A stretch of DNA of 63,619 bases, the filler included, from Xylographa opegraphella (taxonomy: Eukaryota), in the NCBI GenBank assembly GCA_022813865.1. It is 3 parts of 3 records of this genome, joined end to end, with 100 filler letters (N's around TTAATTAATTAA, not from the genome) between each part and the next. Parts side by side here need not be neighbours in the genome. Positions count along the whole stretch, not along the records: positions 1 to 25,624 come from JALDZX010000125.1; 2 more parts are not named here. One strand, 5' to 3'. A model generated the notes under the pieces. It did not search any database. It saw only the letters and a program-made list of their open reading frames with translations, and was not told where the DNA came from. Positions 11,867-23,271 of the stretch are shown piece by piece (the stretch's first letter is position 1; the number at the start of each line of letters is the position of its first letter). Both the position numbers and the translations under genes were made by a program.

Positions 11867-13284
11867 ATGGAGGAAGCGGAGAGGATAGAAGGTGCCACAT
11901 CTTCTAAAGCCGATCATTTATGCGTACTTGTCCATGGGTAATTCTACGCTTCATGATCAGAGAGTCTGCCACTGCTAATACCAATAGGCTATGGGGTAAC
12001 CCCCAGCATCTTGAGTATCTTCGCTCTTCGCTTGAAGCTCGACATGGTCAAGACAAGTTGCGCATAATTGTCGCAGCGCGTAATTCCAATATGTATACCT
12101 ACGATGGAACTGAAGTCGGTGGAGAACGAGTGGCGCGAGAAATTGAGGAAGAAGTCGAGCGCCTTAAGGAAGCAGGCATCCACATCAAGAAGCTCAGTAT
12201 GGTGGGCTATTCGTTCGGGGGTTTGATCGCGAGATACACAATCGGACTACTCTATTCACGCGGCTGGTTCGAAAATATTATTCCCGTTAATTTCACGACT
12301 TTTGCGACACCGCACTTGGGAGTCAAAGCTCCGCTGGATGGCTATCACACAACAGCATGGAACTATGTGGGCTCGAGGACGCTATCGATATCTGGGCAGC
12401 AACTCTTTCTCACCGATTCGTTCCGGGAGGAGGGTCGTCCTTTGCTCACCATCCTTGCCGATCCTAACAGCATATTCATCAAAGCCTTGACCTGTTTCAA
12501 GCGTCGGACATTATACGCGAACATTGTGAATGATCGCTCAGTCCCCTTCTATACGGCGTATATTTCGGCTCAGGATCCGTTCGTGGATATGGAAGCTGTC
12601 GATGTGAAATATTTATCTGGTTATACCCCCGTAATTCTTGACCCAGACCAGCCAGTTGAAAAAGCAAGAAAGAGGCAGCCGCTGCCGTTTCTAACGCGTC
12701 TGTCCAGCAGGGCATCCTCCCTGATGACTCAATTACCACTTTATGCATTACTGGCTATACTAGTGCCCATTGGCAGCACAGTGTTTCTGATCAATTCAGG
12801 CATTCAGAACTTTCGAAGCAGCCGGAGAATCCGACTACACGAAGAGGGCACTGCGGGTATGTCTTTCCACGACTACCGAATCCCACTCATGATAGAGAAC
12901 GCGAAAATGGCAGTTGAGAATGCAATTGAGGACGTCAATGGAAGCGGGAGGACAGACTACCGTACCGAAAATGGAAATTCCTCCTCAGAAAGTGAATCCA
13001 AGAGCCTCCACAAGTCAAACAGTGATGGTAATTTCCACGGCAAGGAGCAGCTCACGTCCAATTCGAAAACAAACCCGATCAATGGCTTTCCAAGTCTGGC
13101 ACTCTCCGCAGAACAGTTTGAAATTATCAAAGCTTTAGATACTGTCGGGTTTCGGAAATATCCAGTGTGGATCCACAATATACGGCACAGTCACGCTGCG
13201 ATCGTTGTCAGAAGCCCGAAACGGAGTTTCGAACAGGGTAAATGTGTAGCGAAGCACTGGCTTGATAGGGAGTTCGAGATATAG
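11867..13284 (+). CDS. DUF676 alpha/beta-hydrolase lipase/serine esterase (intron 11938-11987)
   Basis: Spliced ADHLCVLVHGLWGNP; nucleophile elbow GYSFGG; TFATPHLG; YANIVNDRSV; one hydrophobic segment; C-terminal HSHAAIVVR. Confidence 0.88.
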
Positions 13285-13687
13285 CAAGGGGTGTGAAATC
13301 GCTGATACCATCATACGTCCATTTTTGCAGCGTACGGGGTGAAAGGAGTCGTTTTTGTATAGATATTTTGCATGGCCTGGTAGAAATCGGGCGTGCTGTA
13401 GATAATGAGCGTGGAGCCCGGGGTCTCATTTTTTACCAGATTTCAGAGCCAGTCTACATAATTCAGGCAAAGGTAGTGCTGGTGCTCTAGGTCCTATGTC
13501 AATCCCGTTCAGGACTGCCTGCATTGGAAGAAAGCAGTGAATTTCAGCAATAAAATCCTTGATATTAGGAAATGTATTAGACGTTGACCTATCAAATGTT
13601 AGGAAACGGAAGCATGCATCTCCTGTTACACGCACAATCACTCTGCAAATTCGACTCATATAGCAGTCTATTTTGCGGCGCAGAAGA

Positions 13688-15618
13688 ATGGGTATCCCAC
13701 GTCTCAGAGGCTTACTAGAACCATACTTTCAAACCTTGACTCTTGGTTGCAGTAACCAAGAATGCACAGACCATAAGCTATCCCCCAAGCCCGTTGTCAT
13801 CGATGGCCCAGGTCTTGCATATGTCATTTATTATAGGCTCCTAGCATGGAAACCGATACACCTGAATGCCATCGATGCCCAGCCAACATACGAGGAAATC
13901 TCATGCGCGGTTCTCATTTTCCTTCAGGCATTGACAAACTGTGGACTCAAGATGTATACTGATGAGTCTATCCTAGAGATCTGCTCAATGCTAAAGCGGC
14001 AAATAGTGAACGGATCTATTTCGACGGCTACCTCCCGACTGAAAAACGTCCAGTGAGGATCAGTCGGCTTCAAGGCTACGTGAAGCAGACGAATGTCTTC
14101 CATGCCAACCATAAGGACTTTCCCAGACCGCTACGCCAAGATAACTCATCAGCCCCTAACCTCAGGGACCTCTTCGATCTCTCCAGACCAGTTCCGCCTA
14201 AATTTCGTGGCCTCCCTGCGGCGCCTTTCTTGGTTCCTGCCGTGCTTGATAGCTTGACGGACAGTAACTATGCTGCAATTACGCATGTGGTTCCCGGAGA
14301 AGCCGACTCCTTTTGTGCCGCCGCTGCTCGAGCCTCTGGTGGAATTGTCCTGACGAGTGACTCCGATCTATTGATCCACAATCTAGGTCCAGCCGGCTCG
14401 GTGCTCTATTTCGATCATCTTGAACTCCTGCAATGTGGAGATAAGTACTACCAATTATCTGCAAGGATTGCCCAACCATCCAAAATCGCTCAAAGCCTTG
14501 GCCTCAAGGATCTTTACCGATTTGCGTTCGAACTCAAGCAGGATTCATCGCTGACTTTGCAAGAAGTGCGACGGCGCACAAACCTGAATATGCAAACGAA
14601 CACGGTCAGGGAGTATAAAGAGTTTGGAAAAGAGTACGACAAGGTGTCCGTAGATGATGCCACGGAGTGGTCTTCTCCAGCTGAACTGCTTGATCCACGT
14701 ATATCAGAGATCGTCTTACAATGCCATGAGAGATCGCAAGGACGTCTACATATGTACTTGCCATTCTTGATAGACGACCCTTCGAGATCCTCTGCATGGA
14801 ACATATCTGTTGCTCTTCGGACTCTTGCCTACTCAGCCATTGCACACCACGGCGGCATTCCAAACCAGCAGCAGAGCATCCTAGAACACAATCGAAGGGA
14901 CACGCGAATTGTCCCTGTCGAGATCCTGCTTGTAGACTATGTGTCCGTGCGTAAATATGCCGAGTTACTCACCGCACAGCTAGACGTCCTTTGGAAGCGC
15001 TATTCTTCATTCCCAGCCGCCATTATTTGGAAGATATTTGGCATGATCGAAGTTTTCTCCTGGTATCTGAAGAGCGGACGGTCGTTTCCACTGCAGAGAA
15101 CCGCCGCAAAGGCCGTTTGGGGCAATGCAGACACCTCTCTCTCGTGGCAAGATGTCCACTTCTCCGCTCAGCTTCAGGCTGCACTTTACTCTGTAAGAAT
15201 GCTCAAGCAGGTCCTAACACACGTCAGCAACTATGGCGAACTGGGCTCAGATACCACTTTCCTATCACTGGTACAGCGTTTGACGGACTTTCCGTCACTC
15301 AGAGACCTATTTCCTGGAAATAGCTCCGCGATGGTCGAGGTCTCTGATGTAGAGATTGGCTCAATATTCGATTTCATCAAAACTTTCGCTCGGGAGCATG
15401 AGAGCGCAAAGCTCGACGAGGTAGGTGCTGGTGTATCAATGTCGCCCGACAGCAGCATGCATGTCGCTTCAGTGGATGAAACGACGGCTTGGGTCACGGT
15501 AGGATTAAAGCATAAAAAGCTGAAGCGGCAGGCCAAAAACTCCATTGACAATGGACCTGTGTCGAAAGGATCCCTGAAGCACACCAATAACATCTATGGC
15601 ATGCTCTCCGACACCTGA
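13688..15618 (+). CDS. Asteroid/XPG-like PIN-fold nuclease-domain protein (intron 13954-14006)
   Basis: MGIPRL start, VVIDGP, spliced IYFDGYLP, PGEADSFCA and VLTSDSDL, i.e. the acidic motifs of the FEN/XPG-like fold. Confidence 0.8.
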
Positions 15619-15670
15619 TATAGTACATAATCTCCCAAGATCGTCATTGCGCACCTTCGCAGTGAACATG

Positions 15671-16393
15671 CTACATTTGTTCTCGAAACATGCTCTTCCT
15701 CTCCGTCGGACTCTCATCTTGTCCACCGCTGCCTTTTTTGGCGTGGCCTTTGCCACCATCCAATTCCGCAGGTATTGGACTCACAGCCCGCAGATTACTC
15801 CTTTCCGCGCCATCACCGAAAGGATCGTCCCTGCCCATTGCCTCGTCGTACCTTTGATCCAGTCCTCGCTGACTGCCACCAATGTAGGCCGTTTCGTCCC
15901 GACTTCTGCTCCTGCCCCTTCCAACATCTTCGACGCCATACTCCGGCAATACAGCTGCTGGTGCGCCGTAGCCGCTTCCTCCGTAGGCTCCAGGCGCCGG
16001 AGGATGCAATCCAAGCTCTTGCTCCTCGTAGTCGCCTCCAACAGGTCCATATGCATCTGCCTCGTTGCCCACTCTTGTGTCCCACGCGCTATCTGGATCG
16101 AGAGGCCCGAATCCCCGTCGTCCTCCGGTTCGACCTCCCTCGTACGCACCACCGGCCGAGCGCGAATTACTGAAGCTGTGGTATTTGTCTTTGAACCAGC
16201 CGGTCACACCGGACGAGCGGGGAGCGATTGGGTAATTGGATGCTGGGCTGCGGTTGAACGGATTGTAGGCGGATAGAGGCGGCGGAGGCAGACCAGCGCG
16301 ATGGGCTCGATAGCGAGTGAAGCCGAACCAGGCGCCGACGGGGAGGATGACGAGGAGGAGGAGGAGCACGAAGAAGATGGCCCACCCGTTCAT
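15671..16393 (-). CDS. Conserved fungal single-pass membrane protein with Gly/Pro-rich cytoplasmic tail
   Basis: N-terminal transmembrane segment GWAIFFVLLLLLVILPVGAWFGF followed by PPPP..YNPF; ends SPTERKSMFREQM. ATG at 16393 preferred over the ORF-track start. Confidence 0.75.
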   Translation of the reverse strand: MNGWAIFFVLLLLLVILPVGAWFGFTRYRAHRAGLPPPPLSAYNPFNRSPASNYPIAPRSSGVTGWFKDKYHSFSNSRSAGGAYEGGRTGGRRGFGPLDPDSAWDTRVGNEADAYGPVGGDYEEQELGLHPPAPGAYGGSGYGAPAAVLPEYGVEDVGRGRSRSRDETAYIGGSQRGLDQRYDEAMGRDDPFGDGAERSNLRAVSPIPAELDGGKGHAKKGSGGQDESPTERKSMFREQM

Positions 16394-16745
16394 GGTTGGA
16401 CTGGTGTGCAAGCTCGAGATTGAACGGTATGCTATGGGGTGGACAGACTCATCGTGATGGCTGAACGCCGGGTTCTTGATAGTGTACGGATGTAAATTGT
16501 CCTCAGGTGAGACTGGCCTGCGAGCTTCAGCCTTGGAAGTTGCGGCGGGGCTGGGGGCTTCTGTCGCTAGCGCGGTCGCGTGTGTCCTACCTCTCATGCT
16601 CTTCCGTACGCAGCACCTGCCATCACGAGCTTATCAAGCTCCACTCTAATAATGACTTCTTTCTGCGGACGGGTCAGGATGGCAGACTCTCAGCCTACTA
16701 TACTGTTCTCGAGGCGAACTGTGCAGCACTGCACCGTCGCCGGAG

Positions 16746-18167
16746 ATGTCGGATGGCCTGACTCACGGAGCATATACTGCGAGTGTAGACACGGCGTCCC
16801 AGATCATCACGCTGTACCATGACGACGTCCAGCATGGTGTCGAAGTTCTCTTTATAGAAGTGATAGCACTATTTCCTACTACTTCAGAGTTGGGGACAAG
16901 TCAAGAGAAACGATACACACTTCTCCGCGTTAGCAAAACCGGAGTTGGTGACAACGATTCGAATGGGAAGGAGAAGTACATGACCACGGAATCCCTCAAA
17001 GTGGTCGATCCTCCAGAGGTGCTGCTGGACCATTTTCTAATATCACGTCTTCCGGAGTATCTGTCTGTTCCGTCCAGTGAAAATGATGAATGCAACCTGC
17101 ATGTTATCGTGTCTATCAAATCAGGTATCTGTGAAGCTGAGATGTTTTTTGAAAACGTTGTGCAGGTAGCATTTCATGCTCTTGGTCTATCAGGGCAGCA
17201 CTATCAAGTACACAAAACGTCCTCAGAACACTCCATCAAAGAGTTTGTATGCAACATACTTGGTCCTCGTGCTGGATCAGGTATTGCGCAGACCGCTTTG
17301 CTCTTATCCGGGGATGGCGGTATTGTCGATATCATCAACGTCCTCCAATCGTTTCGAAGGCCTGACTTCCTTCAGCCAACTGTTGGGCTACTGGCAATGG
17401 GGACGGGGAATGCGTTGGCAAACTCGGCGGGTCTCAACGGCGACTTTACAAGAGGTCTTCGAAGTTTCCTTCGAGGACACCCGCAGAACTTGCCGACATT
17501 TGCTGCAAGTTTCTCTCAAAATTCACAGCACTTGGTTGATGAAGGCCGCCGGACCGAGCCTCTCAACACAAAAGAAAACCCGGATGGAATAGTACATGGG
17601 GCCGTCGTTTGCAGTTGGGCTCTTCACGCGTCTCTCGTGGCCGATAGCGATACTACGGAATACCGGAAATTCGGACCTCAACGATTTCAAATGGCGGCTA
17701 AAGAGTTGCTGGACCCTTCCGATGGGTCTGAGCCTCATCTGTATTCGGGTCGAGTAACGCTGTATAAGAAGAATGAGAATGGCCAGGAATATACCGAACA
17801 TTTGGACCGTACGAAGCACATGTACGTTTTAGCCACACTCGTATCGAACTTGGAAGAGAAACTCTCCATCTCTCCTAACTCCAAGCCATTGGACGGGCAA
17901 CTCCGCCTGGTCCACTTTGGCGCACATCCAAGCGATGAGGTTATGCGGATTCTCGGCCTTGCCTTCCAAGGAGGGAAACATGTCCTCGAAGCTTCAGTAG
18001 GGTACGACTCAATCGAAGGAATGCGCATTGAGCTCGACGAAGAAGATAGCCACTGGCGGCGGATCTGTATCGACGGGAAGATTATCCAAGTGGGCAAGGG
18101 TGGCTGGGTCGTGATTCGAAAAGAGATGTATGGGGTGGTGAATCTAGTTGTGGACGATTATTCTTGA
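16746..18167 (+). CDS. Diacylglycerol/sphingosine kinase catalytic-domain family protein
   Basis: Motifs SIKSG, LLSGDGG, MGTGNALA, DGQLRLV and ICIDG in a 473-aa ORF. Confidence 0.82.
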   Translation: MSDGLTHGAYTASVDTASQIITLYHDDVQHGVEVLFIEVIALFPTTSELGTSQEKRYTLLRVSKTGVGDNDSNGKEKYMTTESLKVVDPPEVLLDHFLISRLPEYLSVPSSENDECNLHVIVSIKSGICEAEMFFENVVQVAFHALGLSGQHYQVHKTSSEHSIKEFVCNILGPRAGSGIAQTALLLSGDGGIVDIINVLQSFRRPDFLQPTVGLLAMGTGNALANSAGLNGDFTRGLRSFLRGHPQNLPTFAASFSQNSQHLVDEGRRTEPLNTKENPDGIVHGAVVCSWALHASLVADSDTTEYRKFGPQRFQMAAKELLDPSDGSEPHLYSGRVTLYKKNENGQEYTEHLDRTKHMYVLATLVSNLEEKLSISPNSKPLDGQLRLVHFGAHPSDEVMRILGLAFQGGKHVLEASVGYDSIEGMRIELDEEDSHWRRICIDGKIIQVGKGGWVVIRKEMYGVVNLVVDDYS

Positions 18168-19072
18168 GATCATTAACCGGTAGACTATTCGTCGTAACAC
18201 CACTATAGATATTAGATTCAATGCCGGCTTTTAGTCTACCCCAGAGAGTATGATAGTGAAACGGCGGTGTATCCTTGATAGGATCAATGAGAGCCACCAC
18301 GAGAATGAACTATAGTATAGATACGGAGAAGTGGTGACCTCCTTCCGGAAAGGGTCTGTAAGCTGCTACAGGCGGCGTCGAGAATGGCCGACACTGCGCA
18401 CCAGATGCACCACGATGATGAGCCTACCTGCAGAACAACGAGAAAGAAAGGCGCCATGGCGGTGTGTATTGCTTGGGAGAGCAGCCATGACTCTCGTGAG
18501 TTCCGAACGCACATCAGGTGCAGCATTTGATCCAGAATGCGTGGACCGCTTGTAGAAGTAGTTCATTGCCTGTGTGAGCGGAAGGCGACGAGGGCTTTTG
18601 GAGTGGGAGGCCTCCGGCAAGTGTGATTGGAGACCCTTCAACCCCACGCTGCTGGCCGAGACCGCTCGAGGGCTTAGTCGGCCCCTGTGACGATTTATCC
18701 CTGACTCCTCGGCTGAAGTCACATTCTGCATTCACTCTCTCACATCCCGTGGGCCATGCACGACCCTTTCTTATGAACTGAGTTACACCACTGGGTCTGA
18801 GCTCTTAAGAACTACTGCGAGCCGTTCTCCAAGAGTTGTTCGTCACTTGAAGAACTACGACGCTTCGTGGTCGACTCAAGTCTGACCAATACCCACGGCT
18901 TGTGAGTTCAGGCGCCTACCATCGGCCATGCTAGAGCACATTGGTACCGCCAGACATATCACGCCCCAGTTCATTTGAGCTTGTCTTTTCCGGCGCAGTC
19001 TTCATAAGGATAGATACCGTCTGCTGGCCATGCTTGAACTTCAAATATCTGCTTGGTCATAAAAATACAACC

Positions 19073-20080
19073 ATGACACCTCACGCGTTAGCTCCTGAGC
19101 CTAGAGACGGGACTACAGGCAGTCAAGTGATGGACAACTCTGAGGAGCTTTTGCAAAATAGTCCACGCGAAAGTGACGAGGACTGTCGACCCAACGCTCT
19201 ACGACGGTCCACAGAACCAGCCCTGCCTTCCCCGTCTTTATCGACTCCCAAACCTTTAGCATTGCGTACGCGAAACCGCTCTCCCTACGCCAAAAGTCAT
19301 CTACGAACCTGTTCGTCCGCCAGCCCTCTTTCCTCGCCTCCAATGGTACGGGCTCACTCTTCACCAATTGTCGACGCTTTTGGACACCTCCATATCGCAC
19401 CTTACGCTCGACCCTCGAGCCCGCTTCACAGCTCCATCCGGCGTCAAAGTCCTCTTCGAAGACCCCTCGATGAAGGATACTTTTCTTCTGGTAGCTATGG
19501 TCATAGCGTTCTTGACATAGTTGAAACGATATCGGAGAACTCAGAGCTGGATCTCACACCTCGTCCCCCAGCAGACTCTGAAGCATTCCCCTCTTCCCCT
19601 CTCTCCACACACCACACGTTCCCTAGGAGTCGCCGCCGGCCGGCATCTCCTCTGCAAAGTATCCTTCAGCCACAGTCGTATTCGAGTCCGTCCCCGCTCC
19701 ACACGAGTTCATCCTCTCCCGCTCTCGCTGCCAAGTTCAATGAATCTTATCCTTCGTCACTCTCATCCATTCCAAGTACTCCTACTTCCCTACGCTCACG
19801 CTCGCCGAGCATATCTTCGCTGGAAACGATCGAGGATTCACCTGACGCGGAACAAGCGGAGCAGGAGGCTTATAGCATCGCAAGACTGAAGGCTGCTGCT
19901 GAAAGTGAAGAAGGAGAGGGTGAGCAAGAGAGGGAGGGGAGAAGAAGGGGAAGCCTAGATGTTCCAGGGAGATTGAGTGGGGGCATCTTGCTCGGCGGTA
20001 GGGACAAGAGGAAGAGATGGAGTGTTTGCGGCGCAGAGAGACGAGGGGATCTCGATTTGGAGACGATATGGGAAGATTGA
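19073..20080 (+). CDS. Ser/Pro-rich conserved fungal protein
   Basis: Long low-complexity ORF with RSRSPSISSLETIEDSPDAE and a distinctive C-terminus RKRWSVCGAERRGDLDLETIWED. Confidence 0.75.
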   Translation: MTPHALAPEPRDGTTGSQVMDNSEELLQNSPRESDEDCRPNALRRSTEPALPSPSLSTPKPLALRTRNRSPYAKSHLRTCSSASPLSSPPMVRAHSSPIVDAFGHLHIAPYARPSSPLHSSIRRQSPLRRPLDEGYFSSGSYGHSVLDIVETISENSELDLTPRPPADSEAFPSSPLSTHHTFPRSRRRPASPLQSILQPQSYSSPSPLHTSSSSPALAAKFNESYPSSLSSIPSTPTSLRSRSPSISSLETIEDSPDAEQAEQEAYSIARLKAAAESEEGEGEQEREGRRRGSLDVPGRLSGGILLGGRDKRKRWSVCGAERRGDLDLETIWED

Positions 20081-20999
20081 ACGGACGAACGGAACCTGCT
20101 CGGCGTCGCTATAGCCCGAGGGAGGAAATACGGAATCTTTTCGAGCGAAAGGCCGGTCCAGTTATCGAGGCGTGCAGTGATCATCACGGACCTGGTGCCA
20201 GGTGACAACCTTGTTCACAACCAAACCATAGGCTGGCCTGTATGATATTCTTATTATGCTTCGCAGCTAACAGAGGAGGATTTACAGACTTGGCTGCCAC
20301 ACTGGTTACTATTACCAAACCGTTAGTGACAGTTGCCTAAAAGGTATCTCCACCCGGTGTATAGCTATGGTGATAGCTTTGACTTCTTAAGTTATCCCAT
20401 CATACATGTTCTCAAGGGACTGGAAACGGAAAAATCCGACGTTTGTGGTTTGCTTTCGATTACCAGATACCCTGCTCGACGAATCATATTATCCGTTTGC
20501 CTTGCTTCAGGGCCACTCCTTGTACATGATGTTCAGGAGTGGCACTTTCGCCGGGAGATGGCATTGTCTTTGTTCTGAGTTTTATGGTCATGCCGGTACA
20601 ACTCATGGGCTATGGCAACAGTTTAGTAGCTGGCGAATCGAGCGCCTATATACTCGAAACTCAAGCTTTCTTTCGATTGAACAGTGCTTCTGGTGATCGT
20701 ATATTTCATGTATCTCTATGTATCAATGGGTGATTTCTGAGCAGCTCTGCGATGGCCTCCATTTTCAACACTGGCCCTTGGATAACACCCTTCACCACGA
20801 TACCTTAATCTCCTCGGAGTGTTAAAGCGTAGGCAGCAGCCGCCAGATTAAGGGTTATCCTTCACTGTGGGCCTAAAGAGTGTTAAACTCTCCTTTCGCG
20901 TGTACCTGCAGCTCAGCTCGCGTTCGCGTAAAAATACTTAAACCCCTTCCCCTTACCTGCAACTCCTTGACCAACACAAGAAGCAGACTCAACACCAAC

Positions 21000-22347
21000 A
21001 TGACCGTGCCCAAACGCGCCTTTGCAGACGACGGTCTTGAGACAGCTGCTCCGGTTGAGAAGAGCAGCACCACTTCTACATCTGTGCTTGAAACTCCCAA
21101 CTCACCACCTCTTCTACGTTCAGCATCCCACGCAGGTGCAGCAGCCAGTATGACGGTCACCAAACGTGCTCTCGAAGAAGACGACCATGGCGAGGCAACC
21201 CCTCCGGCCAAGAAGGTCAACACGCTGGCTCTTCCTGAAGCTCAGGACTCCACTCCTGATGCACCTTCAACATCCCAAACAGGTGCAGCTGACAGTGAGA
21301 CGGTCACCCAACACGCCCTCGATGGCAATAACAACGTGACCGCACCTCAACACCAGGAGGTCAATGACACAAATGCTCTCGACGACGAGACACTTCAAGC
21401 ATATCTCAACCGTATAGTCGAACTTGAGAGGGTGATTGGCGAATACGAGGCCTTTGTCCACCGCGAGGGACTTTTGCTCGGTACGCGTAACGATCACGTC
21501 TTCCCTCCATCGTGCCTAAGTCCAAGCAACCTCCGTACTAACAGAGTTGACAGATCTCCCCGAATCGCTCGCGACGATCGTCGATTCGCGTCCCAATGCC
21601 GCTGCCAGGCTCTCGTCAAGCTTGAAGCGTAAGATCCAGATGTCATACTTGAAGCTGTACGAGGAAGATGGCCCGCACATCACCAACGACGACTACGCCG
21701 ACGAGCTCATGATCTTCCTACCCGACATCGAACGCCTGTCTAAGTTGGCGGATGGGCCGCGTTTTGCATGGAACGTGCTGCTGATGCTGATGGACAAGGC
21801 GCGCAGTCATGATCCTGACAACGGCTTCGCTGTCGTCGATGACGAATACATGGAATCGCCGTATGACTATTTGGACCAGGCCATGCTGGGAGTTGCGCAG
21901 GCACGTTGGGGGGTCTCGATGCCGAAGACGGGTAAAGAGAGCAAGGAGCTGCTCGAGGATGCCACGGACATTGCACAGGTCGGGCGCACGATGGAAGCCT
22001 ATGGCTTTGAGGATTACTTGGTGCGCACCAGGCTTTACCTGGATGAGATTCTGGATACGATCTATCCCGATAAGGATGTTGGGAAAGAGCAAGGGGGCGA
22101 TGACGGAGCAGGCGGTGGCACCGAGGGACAAACAGATGTTGGCCATGCCACGGTCGAGACTGCCCAGCAGGACCAGTACCATGAAAGTGGCCACGGACAC
22201 GGAAACACCTCTGCCTTCGTCACTCGCGAGGTGGGCAATCTGGCTGCGGAAAGAATCCAGTTCGGGGATGAGACCATGTCCATGTCGCAGCTGATGGATC
22301 GTCCGGAGATCTTCCGCAGCGGAGAGCGTGCTCCATTGACCACGTGA
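21000..22347 (+). CDS. Hypothetical acidic protein with N-terminal internal repeats and a putative NLS (intron 21481-21544)
   Basis: GTACGC...TACTAACAG intron joins ORFs 20880-21632 and 21547-22347 in frame; PPAKK motif. Confidence 0.7.
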
Positions 22348-23227
22348 GCAGCAGTCCTAGATTCTCTGAGACCTAGCATATTGTCCACATCGGATCCGGA
22401 TCTCGGAAGATTCGCGTGCTGGGTCGAGATTCAGAATACTCCACTTTCGACATCGACCGAATCAAACTAACGAGTTTGTGTTTTTTTTATCTTGTACATC
22501 ACCGTCACGGCCTTTTTCTCATTGGGTACTCATCCACATTTCATCTCGGCAGAATGTTCTGGACCGTCGCGGCCGACGACGTCTACCCGGCGAAAAGTCT
22601 ACCCGTCTAGAGCAACAATTGAGCTGGAGCATGAGGTTTGACTGTTTGAGCTTGAGTTTGACTATCTGAAATTGAGCTTGTGCTTTGAGCTTTGAGACTG
22701 AGACTGAGTTTGACTGTTTGAGCTAGAGCTAGAGCTAGAGCTTCTAAGCGCACGAGCTTTAATAAAATAGACTACCAATAACCGATCGCGAAGGGCAATT
22801 CGTGATGTTTCTGTCGTGAATATTCGTGCATCCATACATACTGCCCTCTCATCATCGGTGTACCCTAGGATTATGCCAGACGATGCCCTGTCCCACGCCC
22901 CCAAGGGCGCCAAGTAGCGACAGACGGACATCCCGACACACCGGCCCCCTTGCCCCAGCTTTCCTCCCGCACCGCCTCCCCTTCCACATTCGAGCATTAC
23001 CTTAGCAGGTAGACTACCTACCGTACATCAAGCATCCATTTCGCATTCTGCATCGTTGTGGCTGTCGCCCACCTCCTCTGTGCACACCTCTTCTCCACCA
23101 ACCCATCCCTACACCCCCTCCCCTTCTTACCCCACGCACCATTCCTCCACCACCCATCCCTGCCTGCTAAGCCCTGCCCGTCACCCCATGTCGCAACGTG
23201 GGCTCACCGCCCCGTAGCGTCCACTGC

Positions 23228-23271
23228 ATGCAGAAATGCAGAAATGCAGAAATGCAGAAATGCAGAAATGC
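23228..23271. repeat. (ATGCAGAA)5 tandem repeat
   Basis: Five perfect 8-bp units plus a partial unit. Confidence 0.9.

Noticed and set aside
15596..16276. 226-aa plus-strand ORF
   Set aside because: Antisense shadow of the GC-rich membrane-protein gene on the minus strand.
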